Part shown: in pieces, positions 52,065-64,000 of the stretch
How the letters are laid out: every line of letters starts with the position of its first letter
How positions within the stretch are numbered: position 1 is the stretch's first letter
From: Octopus vulgaris
Taxonomy: Eukaryota
Direction of reading: 5' to 3'
NCBI GenBank assembly: GCA_951406725.2
Contig: OX597835.1
Location: 29,326,001 to 29,390,000, forward strand
Length of the DNA stretch: 64,000 nucleotides
Program-made: the position numbers and the translations under genes
The notes under the pieces: generated by a model
Database searches by the model: none
Told to the model about the DNA's origin: nothing
What the model saw: the letters and a program-made list of their open reading frames with translations, nothing else

Positions 52065-52236
52065 TTGCGGCATTTCATCCGTCTGAGTTCATCATCATAC
52101 GTTCTGAGTTCAAATTCCGCCAAGGTCAACTTTGCCTTTCATCCTTTCGGGGTCGATAACATAAGTACCAGTTGAATACTGGGGGTCGTTGTAATCGATT
52201 TATCCCCCCCCCCCCCCGAACTTACTGGCATTGCGC
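52065..52236 (+). mobile_element. SINE family B
   Basis: gttctgagttcaaattccgccaaggtcaactttgcctttcatcctttcggggtcgataa. Confidence 0.85.
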
Positions 52237-52263
52237 CATTATTATCATTATTATTATTATTAA

Positions 52264-52324
<61 letters not shown>

Positions 52325-52328
<4 letters not shown>

Positions 52329-52876
52329 AGTAGAAGAGCAGTGCAAGTCATCAAAGTGACACTGGGGTAAAGTATACAAAGCCCAGTATCAGGCTATTCG
52401 TCTAATAAGGGTACACCGGCCACATGCATCACAACCATATGTGCGCGACATGGTGATCTCATATCAAGATAAACAGCGCATGACCTTGCAGAGGGAACCC
52501 TGTCAGAATTTTATTCAGGTCTAGAAGCCCATCCTGCTGAAAATGGTTCCTGAATAAAGGCTGTTTAAGGATGTTGAACGAAACACCCATGTTTCCAGAG
52601 GTGAATTATTCAAATCCCAAAGAATTTCTTTCAACACATGGTTATGATGCTCCCCTACTACTTCTGCTCGTGATCAGAGATGCACATATCGTCAGCTACT
52701 AAGGAACATGCTCAACTGGTTAAGGTCAAACAACTGACAAGCACATCTGTGGTATTGAGCAGAATATTTGCTGTGGCCCATCTTTTATACCAAGACAAAA
52801 CAATGTACATGATAACACTTCCAATGAGTTAAGGTCAGAAGCCATGGGAGCCACTGCCTGGAACTGCATCAGGGAA

Positions 52877-52878
<2 letters not shown>
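52325..52878 (-). mobile_element. Family E non-coding repeat, complete, between (TTA)n tracts
   Basis: Reverse complement of 13143-13605 plus the 3' end seen at 12965-12992. (TTA)n at 52238-52324 and 52878-52936. Confidence 0.8.
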
Positions 52879-52936
<58 letters not shown>

Positions 52937-53150
52937 GGTGAGCTTCAAGAATCGTTACCACACCTGGCAAAATGCTTAGCGGTATCCCGTCCCGTTATTA
53001 CGGTCTGAGTTCAAGTTCCGCGGTGGTCGACTCTGCCTTTCATCTTCTCTGGGCCGATAAATTAAGGGCCAGTTACGCACTGGGGCCAATGTAATCGACT
53101 AATCCTTTCCCTCAAAACTGTTGCAAAATTAGTGCAAAATTTGAAAGTAT
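52937..53150 (+). mobile_element. SINE family B, degenerate
   Basis: ggtgagcttcaagaatcgtt...gtcgactctgcctttcatc...gataaattaag. Confidence 0.75.
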
Positions 53151-53974
53151 TAAAGGCGGCGAGCTGACAGAATTGTTAGCGCACTGGACGAAATGCTTCA
53201 AAGAAAATAATTTCTCCCAGTGTTCACTATTTTCCTCTCCTTCTGGTCTAACGATTCTCCATGTTTGTTTTCATTCGGTTTCCTTGTATGTCTCCAATGT
53301 CATGTTTTTGTTCACAAATTTGACCATCCATAAATCCATATATAGATTATTTATCTTATTATTTAATTGAACGCCATGAATCCATTTCCAACTAAGAATA
53401 TGTGTGTGTGTGTCTATATACAAATCAGTGCTCCAGCATGGCCGCAGTCATATGACTGAAACAAATAAAAGAATAAAAGAATACATACAATAATAACTAT
53501 ATAATAATATATAATGATTATAACATTTATATATACTCCTATTTAAAGCGACATCTTTTATATAAACAATTGACTGAAAAATAATGAGCTAACCCAGGCC
53601 AGAATCTAATCCACATATCAACGCTAACATTGCTCCACGCGCATCCGAGTGAGCCAAAGAGTCCGAAAGCTCCACGGTTTTAAAGTAGCAATTCTGATCT
53701 ATGTATACCGTGGCTTGCTATCTGTAAAGAAACACTTTAGGGCCCAATGCATTGATTTTACCATGTGGCTATCATGCTATATGTACTTTGTTCTGCATGT
53801 TTCTAGCAAGGACTAATCCACAGAGAAACATCCACTTATAATAAAAGTTCAAATTTTAACACACCAAATATACTTCTAAAACGAGCTTGTATTTTTGGTA
53901 AGGCATTGATATGAAGAACCAGGATGAACATGCATCCTGCAGCATAAGATAATATTTTTTACCATATAAGGATA

Positions 53975-54040
53975 GCATCGGAGGGAGGGGAGAGGGGAAA
54001 TTACGTCACTCATCGAATTTATCACGGAAGTAAATCAAAT
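53975..54040. promoter_or_regulatory. Possible cis-regulatory cluster (CRE/ATF-like TTACGTCA, ETS-like CGGAAGT)
   Basis: Motifs 25 bp apart, next to purine/pyrimidine tracts in unique DNA. Motif match only. Confidence 0.2.
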
Positions 54041-54295
54041 AGCTAAAACATGGTTTTATCTAAAATTTTCAAGGCTTCATCACTTCTCTTTGTTGCTTCG
54101 AATCCTCATCTCCCTCCCTCCTCTCTCTACCTCTGATTCTCCCTTCCTCTCTCTATCCCCCTCTCCCCCCTCTCTCTGCTTGTAGAATGTAAGCATGTTA
54201 GTAAGTGTATTTGTATCTATTAGCGTGTGGATGTCTTTGCATGTACATGTGTATGTGTTTGTACGTTGCTTGTGTGTGTGTTAAATGTGTGTGCA

Positions 54296-54336
<41 letters not shown>

Positions 54337-54549
54337 GTATACGTATATATGTGTGTGTGTCTGTGTTTATACATATGCATATACACATATAAACATATAT
54401 ACATACACGCACACACATATATGCAGGCAACATATATAAATGTATGTGTGTGTATGTGTGTATGTGTGTTTGTGCGTGGGAGGTGCAGCCGTTTATATCT
54501 ACTCAATTCCGTGTAAAGCAATAACGGATATAAATGTATTATATAAAAC

Positions 54550-54624
54550 ACGACAAAAACAACGACAGCAACAAGAACTATAATAATAACAACAACAACA
54601 ACAACAATAATAATAATAATAATG

Positions 54625-54691
<67 letters not shown>

Positions 54692-54835
54692 TAATGTTAA
54701 TAACAGCAATAATAATAATAATGATAATAATAATAATGTTAATAACAATAATAATGATAATGATGGTGATTATGATGATAAACCTAAACGTAAATATGCT
54801 TCCTAAGGTAATATAATATTTTTTAATAATGCTAT

Positions 54836-54885
<50 letters not shown>

Positions 54886-55373
54886 TCAGCAGCAACAGCG
54901 GCGAGCGGTGGCTTAGGAGGCGGTGTAGGCAGTGGCGTATGCGGCAGTGGAGGCAACGGTGGCGGAAGCGATGGCGATGGCGGCGGCAGCGGTGGCGGAA
55001 GCGATGGCGATGGCGGCGGCGGTGGTGGCGGCGGCGGCGGTGGTGGCGGCGGCGGCGGTGGTGGTGGTGGCGGCGGCGGCGGCAACAGTGAGAAAGAGAG
55101 ATAGAGAGAGAGAGAGAACAATGATTTCTTCAGCCTACACAGTATTTTGAAACGTTGACGTTACCGGAGGAAAATTCTAGAAACATCGTCATTTCGTGGA
55201 ACTTATAATGCTGAATGGGAAATACAGAGACGACGAAATTCATTACGACGACGACGACGATGATGATGATGACGACGGCGGCGGCGGCGGCGGCGGTGGT
55301 GGTGGTGACGATGACGACGATTAGAATGAATTTCCGCGGTTTTTATACTATTATGATTATCCAGCAATGGCGT

Positions 55374-55404
<31 letters not shown>

Positions 55405-55442
55405 GATGACGACGACGACGACGACGACGATGGCGATGATGA

Positions 55443-55476
<34 letters not shown>

Positions 55477-55640
55477 GATGATGGTGGTGGTGGTGATGAT
55501 GTTGGTGGTGGTGGTGGTGGTGATGATGATGATGATGATGATGATGACGACGACGGTGACGACGACGACGACGACGATGATGATGATGATGATGAAGACA
55601 GCGACGACGACGACGATGGCGAGGGTGATGATGATGAGGA
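54550..55640. repeat. Compound (AAT)n/(GTA)n/(GGC)n/(GAT)n trinucleotide region
   Basis: Directly visible; source of the 307-aa spurious ORF. Confidence 0.9.
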
Positions 55641-56166
55641 TTAGCGTGATATCCGGGATTTTGATACTATTATGATAATCCAGCAATGATGTTGATGCTG
55701 CTGATGATGATCATAATGACGACGACGACGTCGACGATGATTCGGATGATATCGGTGGGTTTTCAGACTATTATGAAGATCCAGCAATGCTTGGCCTCCT
55801 CCAGTATGGCCACCGCCCCATTTCTTTAATGAATGCTTCGATTGTTGATCCACAGGGTTTCATAGTCTTGATGCTGTTTTTTATTGCTTCGTTTTGCTTC
55901 TTTTTGATTTTGGAAGTCTCCCCCCCCCCCAGCGAGACTCTAATATATTCGTAGCAATTGTGGTGCTGATGTTTCGCTGAGTCAAGTGTAGGAGATTTGA
56001 TAAGATCTGTTTGTCTACTACAGACTTCATTGACAAGTAAATCAGAATCGAGAACATGATGCACAAAAAAGAAAAGCAGAAACGTAATGACGGAGATGTA
56101 CTTGCATAGCAAGTGATTTGATCTGAGATCGTGTGCTGAAACGAAAACAATTGCAGCGTGGAAGGT

Positions 56167-56298
56167 GTTTGTAAGCCATCTAAGAAACACACAAAAGCCA
56201 TTCGATTCACTTCAACATCTAAGTTTAATTTTAAGTTTAAACTTAAATATTGAAGTGAATCGAACGGCTTTTGTGTGTTTCTTAAGTGGCTTAGAAAC
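56167..56298. repeat. Inverted repeat with ~60-bp arms
   Basis: gtttgtaagccatctaagaaacacacaaaagccattcgattcacttcaa... mirrors ...ttgaagtgaatcgaacggcttttgtgtgtttcttaagtggcttagaaac. Confidence 0.85.
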
Positions 56299-57477
56299 GT
56301 AATGGCGATGAATAAAAAGGAAGATTGTAAATATCAGAGAGAAGCTGAGAACTAGTGAGCAGAAATTCCCGCACTATTGATTTAAGTATGAGGCGGATGA
56401 TGAGTACCAGCTACGCAAAGACCTTAAATAGTTTGACATTGCGATGTCTGACCTCATTGTGGAGAGGCCTCAATAAAAATGAAGTATTATATACACTATA
56501 CATTCAGATTAACTTTGTTGAGATAACTACGCCCGTTGAGTCCTCAGTAATTATTGACAAAATCAAGATGAAAAACACTTCAAACTGACTTTTGAACCCT
56601 GGTATATCATCATGGTTTTGGGTGGGGGTTATTCTTTAAAAAAAGTGGGTTGGACTGCGTTGATTGACAGGGAAATGGTATGTAATGGTATGGATGCCGC
56701 TAAACTCTTTAACGACAGTAGAACGCTTAAATTCTCTAGCCGCTTTGTCATTTGAAAATGACACGGCAAAATGAGTGCCCATATGGAAAAAACACTGCAT
56801 GAATATGTTTTTTCTAAAATGTGTTACTTGTTCTATGTATTCCCATGGCTTTGTGGCTGAGAAGTTGGCATTGCAAGCATAGAATTTCGGTTTCAATTCC
56901 ACTGCATGAGATCTTGAGGAAGTGTCATCTACTATAGGTCCGGGCTGAACAATGTGAATGAATTTAGTAGACGGACACTGTAGAAGTCTGTCGTGTGTAT
57001 TGTGTGTTGTGTGTGTGTGTATGTGTGTGTGTGTGTGTGTTGTGCGTTACTTGTTTCAGTCATGAGACTGCGGCCATGCTGGGGCACCGCCTTGAAGAAT
57101 TTTAACCAAACGAATTGACTGCATTTCTTATTTTGGTAAACCTACAACTTATTCTATCAATCCCTTTTGCCGCACTGTTAAGTTCTATCCATCAATATAT
57201 ATATAAAGAGAGAGGGAGATAGATAGATAGATAGTTAGAAAAATAGATTCATATAGACAGAATACAGACAAACAGACAATTAGACAGACAGACACATAGA
57301 CAGACAGACAGACAGACAGTCAGACAGACAGACAGACAGATAGATAGATAGATAGATAGATTCAGATAGACAGAATACAGACAAACAGACAAACAGACAG
57401 ACAGACAGATAGACAGACAGACAGACAGACAGATAGACAGACAGACAGATAGGTAGATAGAGAGGTAGATAGATAGG

Positions 57478-57531
<54 letters not shown>

Positions 57532-57711
57532 TATAGATAGATAGATATATAACTTTTTATTGTAGCCACACAGGGCTAAACACAGAATAAAAATGGACCA
57601 AATACAATGTAGAATTTTTTCTTTTCGAGGTGGGATGGGTGGAGAAAAAAAAAACAAAAAAAAAAAACGTTTGATCAATAGGGATCTGTGGGTTGTGTGG
57701 TGTATAAAAAG

Positions 57712-57748
<37 letters not shown>

Positions 57749-57864
57749 TCACAGTTTAGGTGTAGCCTTGGAAAGAAAAACCTACAAAAAAGACCAAGGT
57801 CACCTCAGGCAATTCGAAAAAGAACACATGAGTAAGTCGCCTTACTTCTCGTTGTCTCTTTTGG

Positions 57865-60800
57865 TTACAGATTTATGCTTAAAATAGTGTCGTCTTTCAT
57901 ACTGACCATTTTTGCCACTTTTACCCACTTTTTATTAAAACATTCGTTCGACAAAGCCTTCCTCTCTATTCTCATCCTGCTTTTCAAGTGGTACTTGAAA
58001 AAGTTGACGAGAGACTGACCAGAGAGGAAGGTGTTTGTTTGCAGTCCTTTCAAACGAGTCCACCACACACATTCTTTCGCCATAGCCATCAGCGTAACGA
58101 AAACCGTTTTCCCTTCCCGTTTAAAGGAAGGTGGTGGAATAATATTCACGATAGACTCGGCTGATAGGCGAGCCTGACCTACACGTGACAACAGCTGTTC
58201 GACGAAGGACCACAGCTCTGAAATATCTGGACACTGCACGAGTGCGTGCAGAACGGTTTCGTCGCTCTGACCGCATCTCGGGCAGGTCGGTCCGGTGATG
58301 GTTTTCGAACCGTGTCTGTAGCTCTTCTCTCGAACAGGTAGTGCGTCTCGATAGCACTGCCAAGCCAGGGATTTCTGGAAGTTATCCATAGGCCCCGGCC
58401 CGAACGTCGTCCTGAACAGGCGGGTTAGGAATTCTTCGTCGACGCCCAGGTTTGCCCCGAGTGTGTCGTCGGACCTCCCCTCCACTAGTTCTCTATAGAA
58501 CGCTTTAGTCGTTTGTAAGTTGCACAAGTTTGACCCCGGTCGGCAGAGCTGCTGTAGAGCTTGGCGACACTCTCGGTGCCAATCGCCCAGTTTCGGTCTC
58601 TTTTTGATCCACGTTTGCAGTTCGGTCAGTGAGACGAGCTGCGGGAAGTCGCGCCTCACAAACGGCGCCCACACCTGTTCACCGTCGTCGATGAATTTCC
58701 AGAGATGTCGCAGTCTCAGCGCATGCCTGCGCATCATCAACCACGGCATGCCCAGTCCTCCATTCAACGGATGTTGACAGCAAATGGACTTCCTCACCAT
58801 CGGAACGCCACCCTTCCACAGGAAGCGGAAGAGTATGCGTTCCAGTTTGGTGATGGTGGCATCGGGACAAGGTACGACGGTCAGGCGGTAATCGATGACG
58901 GATGCGATGTACGCGTTCGCCACCTCCGCCCGGCCTTTTAGAGACAGCTTTCTCTCGGCCCATGTTTGGCTGAGAGCGACCACTCTACTCGTGATCTCGT
59001 CCCAATTCTTATCCATTTGGAGGTCCGGACTGAACCAGACCCCGAGCAATTTAACCGGTCCGTCCGTCCAGCGTCCCACTACCGAGCCGCAGTCGGAAGG
59101 CATGGGCTTGCTTCTCCAGGTGCCGAGTAGCAAACCCACTGACTTTTCCGGGTTAATCTTTGCTCCCGTCACCGTTTCATATTTTCTTAGTGTCTCGCCT
59201 ATCATCTTGATGTGTTTGTCGCTCGACACTATGACGGTGACATCGTCCGCATATGCCAACACGCTCGTCCCGCAACCCAGTTCCCGTGGGATGCCCCTCA
59301 GTGTCGCCAGCTTCCGCAGTAGCGACTCGAGAGTCAATACATACAGAAGCGCCGACAGGGGACACCCCTGACGGACCGAACGCGTGATGTCAAACGGTTT
59401 CGACAGATGACCGTTCACCCGAATCACCGATCGGATGCCGCTATACAAGGCAGCGATCCAACCGCGGAAGACGGGACCGAAGCCAGCCGCCCTGAGGACG
59501 GCCGCCAAGTACCGATGGTCGACCCTATCGAAGGCTTTAGACTGATCCAAATTTATCAGCGCCCCACCCATGCCAGGATCCTTAACTACCCTGTCCACAA
59601 TGTAGCGCATCAGATGGAGGTTGTCATGTATGGTTCTGCCCGGCACGGCGAATGTTTGCGCCCTGTCGACCAGTTTACCAATGACAAGCGCCAACCTCTC
59701 GGCTATTACTTTGGCCAAAATTTTCAATTCTGCGTTGAGCAGAGTGATGGGCCTGAAATTATCTATAAAATTCCCTTTGTTTGAGTCTTTCTTCAGCAAC
59801 GTCACTGCACCTCGGCTCACGAAACCGGGGTTTCTCCCGTTTTGTTGCCAGTTGCAGTAGACTGATGCCAAGAGGTCGCCAAACAAGTCTGGCATTCGAT
59901 AATACAGCTCGTAGGGTAAACCATCCAATCCAGGCGACTTATCCCTCGCGCAGCCCGCCATCGCATCCCACACGTCAGCGGCTGTGATGGGACTTTCACA
60001 ACACTCCGCTTCTCTTGCCGAGAGCCGCGGCAGGTCGGTCAGGTAGGCACTGAAATCCATCCCGCGTTCCGACCCACCACTCGCACCAAACAGTCGAGCA
60101 AAGTGCTGTCGAAAGGCCTCACACATCCTTTCGGGTTCGAGTAAACTGCATCCCTGTTGATCTATTAGAGACCGAATGGTTGATCTGTTGCCACGCTGCG
60201 CCTCCGCTACCCGGGTCTCTCGCGCAGCTTCAATCCCTTCGTTCCTTAAGGCACGCATTTTAGCTCTGACGACGCAACCTTCGTGCTTGGCGTTGAGGTG
60301 TTGGTCGAGGGCCATCCTCGCAGCCAGCACGTTGGTTGCGCTGCCAGAGGTAAGTGCCTCTTCTAGTTTCTTAACTAAGTCTCCCTCTACTCTATTTCGT
60401 TCTATCGCTAATTCCTTGCTAAACCTAATTGATTCCGATTTTATTGCCATTTTCAGGGCGTACCACCAGCGGTTGTTAACGACCGCTCCCGTCAGCGCCC
60501 TCTTAATTAACTCGCTAATCCGGTTCCTGTAAACCTGTCGCGCTAACAGCGACGTGTTCAGTTTCCAGTAACCGGGACCCTGCCTATGTGTTTTATCTAA
60601 GTCGAGCGTACACGTAACAAATTTGTGATCTGTGCAGCTGACTATTTTAAATTGTGGACATCCTACACTATCCCTATCCGCTGTCCTGCATAGAATTCTA
60701 TCTAGATAAGATCTCGACGATCCGACGCGGTTTGTCCAAGTCCACGTTGGCACGTTCGGATGGTCGAGTCGGAACCTGTCAGACAAATGGAAACGTCTGA

Positions 60801-61314
60801 GCAGGTCTTTGAGGCTCTTACACCCCCTTCTATTCCTATCCCTTCCCACATAATCTAGATGCGTGTCCAAGGTAGCGTTCCAATCCCCTACTAACAGTAA
60901 AAGTCTAGACGTACCCAGGAAAACCTCTAGACGTCTGAAGAAATCCGCCCGACCCGTTAAGGACGGTGCATAAACTGCCATCAGACGGAATGCACACCCA
61001 TTTCTGCCATCCACGTCCAAGACAACCAGCCTACCCTCCGGGTCTAGGAATATTGCTCTTACTTTTACCTTTAGACTCTTTCGAAAAAGCACCGCAGTAC
61101 CTCCACCACCCATGTTCGGCAGACAGGGAGAAAAATAAATGTCAAATTGATTGCCAAACATGGACTCGAGGGCCCGCGGCTTACTGAGTCTGGTTTCACT
61201 GATAGCTACTATATCCACGTCCAGTGACTTGATGTCGTTTAGAAGGTAACCTTGCTTCCAAGCCGACGCCCAGCCACGCGCATTCACACAACCTAATTTA
61301 AGCATACTTGACAT
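57865..61314 (-). CDS. LINE ORF2: APE endonuclease + reverse transcriptase + C-terminal Cys/His motif (1149 aa, uninterrupted)
   Basis: VNARG, ISETR, VYAP, GDWNA, LDRI, TDH; KSPGLDG, FRPITLLN, DQSKAFDRVDH, VRQGCPLS, YADD; CPRC...ETVLHALVQC. Confidence 0.95.
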   Translation of the reverse strand: MSSMLKLGCVNARGWASAWKQGYLLNDIKSLDVDIVAISETRLSKPRALESMFGNQFDIYFSPCLPNMGGGGTAVLFRKSLKVKVRAIFLDPEGRLVVLDVDGRNGCAFRLMAVYAPSLTGRADFFRRLEVFLGTSRLLLLVGDWNATLDTHLDYVGRDRNRRGCKSLKDLLRRFHLSDRFRLDHPNVPTWTWTNRVGSSRSYLDRILCRTADRDSVGCPQFKIVSCTDHKFVTCTLDLDKTHRQGPGYWKLNTSLLARQVYRNRISELIKRALTGAVVNNRWWYALKMAIKSESIRFSKELAIERNRVEGDLVKKLEEALTSGSATNVLAARMALDQHLNAKHEGCVVRAKMRALRNEGIEAARETRVAEAQRGNRSTIRSLIDQQGCSLLEPERMCEAFRQHFARLFGASGGSERGMDFSAYLTDLPRLSAREAECCESPITAADVWDAMAGCARDKSPGLDGLPYELYYRMPDLFGDLLASVYCNWQQNGRNPGFVSRGAVTLLKKDSNKGNFIDNFRPITLLNAELKILAKVIAERLALVIGKLVDRAQTFAVPGRTIHDNLHLMRYIVDRVVKDPGMGGALINLDQSKAFDRVDHRYLAAVLRAAGFGPVFRGWIAALYSGIRSVIRVNGHLSKPFDITRSVRQGCPLSALLYVLTLESLLRKLATLRGIPRELGCGTSVLAYADDVTVIVSSDKHIKMIGETLRKYETVTGAKINPEKSVGLLLGTWRSKPMPSDCGSVVGRWTDGPVKLLGVWFSPDLQMDKNWDEITSRVVALSQTWAERKLSLKGRAEVANAYIASVIDYRLTVVPCPDATITKLERILFRFLWKGGVPMVRKSICCQHPLNGGLGMPWLMMRRHALRLRHLWKFIDDGEQVWAPFVRRDFPQLVSLTELQTWIKKRPKLGDWHRECRQALQQLCRPGSNLCNLQTTKAFYRELVEGRSDDTLGANLGVDEEFLTRLFRTTFGPGPMDNFQKSLAWQCYRDALPVREKSYRHGSKTITGPTCPRCGQSDETVLHALVQCPDISELWSFVEQLLSRVGQARLSAESIVNIIPPPSFKREGKTVFVTLMAMAKECVWWTRLKGLQTNTFLSGQSLVNFFKYHLKSRMRIERKALSNECFNKKWVKVAKMVSMKDDTILSINL

Positions 61315-61371
61315 TTACGAAAATTGTGTTTTACACACTACATTAGAAGAGACAAGAGGCAAGAAGTGAGG

Positions 61372-63257
61372 TCACTTACTCATTTTAAAAGTTTCATTTT
61401 TTTCTTCTTCTTCTTTTGTATTGTTTTTGATGAGGTGTTTGTATAGTTTTTTCGACAGGTATCGTTGATACCCGCCTACCGCATTCGGAAATATTGTTTT
61501 CAGTATGTGGTGTTGTGCTTGTGTTATGTGTAAAATTCTGATGTGTTTCGGTGGTGTGGTGTGCGGATGATTGTTTGTCTTAAAGTCATCTTCGCAGATG
61601 ACCATGTTAGATTTGATGTAGTCCATTAATTCTTTATTGTCTGTGTCTATTGCAGTTAGTTGTGTGTGTGGTTTTACGGGTTTATTACTTTTTTGATTGT
61701 CTAGGGGGATGTTGTCCTGAGTTAGATATCTCCCTGCTTTACTTCCTTGTTTGGTGGGTTTTTTGGATCTTTTTCTTTTACCTCCTGTGGCTATTTGCCA
61801 TTCCGTCGAACTTTCGTCGTCCGACGTATCAGTATGGGGTAGAGGCAAAACATTTGCATTACTATGTATGCTTGTATAAATTGTTGATGTTTTGTGCGGT
61901 GTTTGTGTTGTTGTGGTGTTATGGGTAGCATTTGTCTTCTCGTCAGTGTTTTCTGTCTTTTTAATTGTCGTCCTGGGTGTGGGTGTGGGTCTATTTTTTG
62001 TTGATTCAACATGTTTAATTGGCTGTGACGTCAACGGTGATTGTGTTGGTACTGTTTCTTTTCTTGGTGATGTTGTTGCGGTTTGTTGTTTTTCTTGGCA
62101 TTGTTCTATAATTGAGTGTGTTGGTGTTGGTGTTGGCAACAAGGGTTTTTATTTGTTTTCTGATTTGTTCTTTCTTGTTTTTTCTGTACCAGAGCGCACT
62201 TGGCAATCAAATGTTCGGGGCTGCCACATTTGTAGCATCTAGGCTTTTTGCCTTCTGCCACAACATATAGGCATTGCCCATTCTCCAAGTGGATCTTATC
62301 CGGTAGGCTCTCGATAGAGGCCCCCTCAATCTGGATGGTCACCACTATTGTCTTCCCACCCCAAATGTCGCCAGGGTACACGGCGGTCTCCAAAATATTA
62401 ATATTTTTTAAATGGTAACAGATTGCCCCTGTTATCCATTTGTTAGGAAGTTCGGGAGGTACATTTTTAATTGTGATTCGACTCACTCTCTGGTTTTTGT
62501 AGTATGGGACCATGATGATTTCATCATTTCCCAGAGACTCAGTAGAGTGAGCTTTTGCCACTTCCTGGTTAGGGAAGAGGACCACTACTGTGTTAAACTG
62601 GGGACCCCAGTTTATATACTCTTTTTCTTTCATTATGTTTTTTAAACATTTTTCCACATCAGTTTTTGTAATCTGTTCATTTAGTTTTTTGTTTTTTCTA
62701 ATAATTTTATATACAATTGTCTTATTTTCTATTTCTTGCTTTATATGTTGAGGTGTATGCAGCACTAAATCTTGTCCACGGGTTGTAAAGAGAGCTCTAG
62801 TTTCTATGAGCTCTTCATTTGTGAATGTTACTATTTCTTTCTTCTGGCGAAGAGTGTCCGCGAAATTTACTGTTGTTGATTTTTTCGTATTAACATCTTC
62901 ACTATTAGATAGTTCATTTTTATTGTTGTTCTTGTTGTTGCTGTTGTTTTTGTCAATAGTTTTCGTGCGAGTTTTATTTTTATCATTTATGTTGGTCGTG
63001 GTAGTGGTGGTGGTGGTGGTGGTGGAGGTGGAGGTGGTGGTGGTAGCAGTAGTAGTCTCGTGGTTGCTGTTGTTAGTGGTGGTGGTGGCGGTGGTGACAA
63101 GGCTGTTATCTCACGTGGTTGCAGCGTTCATTTCACCGATATTTATATTTGCACTTAGCGCGCGGACGTTCTTTTTTTCTCCTATTGTTTCCAAACTAAG
63201 AAAATGCTGGTCAATAAAAGAACGCAACCGGCGTTCTACAATAAAATTTCTAGACAT
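61372..63257 (-). pseudogene. LINE ORF1 (gag-like, CCHC knuckle), disrupted
   Basis: ATG at 63257 is in frame with ORF 62106-62765 (CYKCGSPEHLIAKC). In-frame TGA at 63111-63113 and a frameshift near 62150 into ORF 61372-62142 (WQIATGGKRKRSKK). Confidence 0.8.
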
Positions 63258-63462
63258 TTTCTAAGGTCTAGAAGAAAATTACAGAAATGAAATGGGTTGA
63301 AACTGCCCCTAGGGGCGAATTCCTCCCTTGGAAAAGCACTCAAACGAAAGTTGGGTGCCTTACACAACTTATTTACAAAAATGTTCACAAAAATTGAGCT
63401 ATAAATAGTCAAAATAAATGATTACCTTCGGAGTCGAAGTGACAGCACGTCCATAGACAGAG

Positions 63463-63543
<81 letters not shown>

Positions 63544-63608
63544 GATAGATTCAGATAAATAGATAGACAGACAGACATCTCTCTATGCGCTTGTGTGTGT
63601 GTGTGTGT

Positions 63609-63684
<76 letters not shown>

Positions 63685-63686
<2 letters not shown>

Positions 63687-63862
63687 TTATGTTTGTCCCG
63701 CCACCACCAGTGATTAACGGTTCGGCAAAAGTAACCAATAGAGTAAGTATCAAACTTTAAAATAATTACGACGTACTACTTTATCGATTAAACCCCTGAA
63801 GGAAGTGACCCCAGCATGGCCGCAATGCCATGCCTGAAACAAATGAAAGATAAAAGATAAAA
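63685..63862 (+). mobile_element. SINE family A, 3' half, degenerate
   Basis: cggttcggcaaaag...ccccagcatggccgca...gaaacaaatgaaagataaaag. Confidence 0.65.
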
Positions 63863-63950
63863 GGAATGTTTAAAAGGCTAAAATTAAATTAATTCTACCC
63901 TCTGCTATAATTTATTTCACGAAGCTTTTTGCATGTATCATATATATAAA

Positions 63951-64000
63951 TACGAGGGGGTACCCGAAAGAAACCGGTACTTTGCAATGCTATTTTATTC
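63951..64000 (-). mobile_element. mariner TIR, continues beyond the window
   Basis: tacgagggggtacccgaaagaaaccgg...ttgcaatgctattttattc matches the end at 24395. Confidence 0.75.

Larger units (their letters stand above)
57548..63455 (-). mobile_element. Near full-length Tx1-type (L1 group) LINE inserted in (TATC)n
   Basis: ~200-bp 5' UTR, ORF1, ORF2 and a 3' UTR ending gccctgtgtggctacAATAAAaagtta. GATA-repeat tracts at both ends. Confidence 0.93.

Noticed and set aside
54198-55121. 307-aa Pro/Thr/Ile-rich ORF
   Set aside because: Concatenated trinucleotide repeats; no domain.
62806-63264. 152-aa plus-strand ORF and other short ORFs overlapping the LINE
   Set aside because: Antisense or alternative-frame shadows of ORF1/ORF2.

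Overview
Eukaryotic, AT-rich, gene-poor DNA saturated with microsatellites and interspersed repeats. The repeat mix (three tRNA-derived SINE families, (TA)n/(TAA)n/(TATC)n tracts, Dong/R4, CR1, Penelope and mariner relics) looks like an octopus (coleoid cephalopod) genome; this is an inference. No host protein-coding gene can be supported, and almost all short ORFs in the track are microsatellite translations. The only long intact ORF is ORF2 (APE endonuclease, RT, C-terminal Cys/His motif; 57865-61314, minus) of a near full-length Tx1-type LINE sitting inside a (TATC)n tract. The main signal not visible in the ORF track is a set of minimal type I hammerhead ribozymes (HHR). (i) Two TSD-bounded insertions of a non-autonomous element built as tRNA-like Pol III head + (AAT)n + HHR tail, each preceded by an inverted partial copy in Penelope fashion (6265-7039, 34167-35014). 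(ii) A retrozyme-like 404-bp unit with identical 130-bp direct repeats and a canonical HHR (35602-36135). (iii) Several further HHR relics and a truncated GIY-YIG Penelope-like element of the class that could mobilise them. One SINE subfamily also shares its 3' end with the Tx1 LINE. Coordinates were read by eye, and edges of degenerate repeats are approximate.
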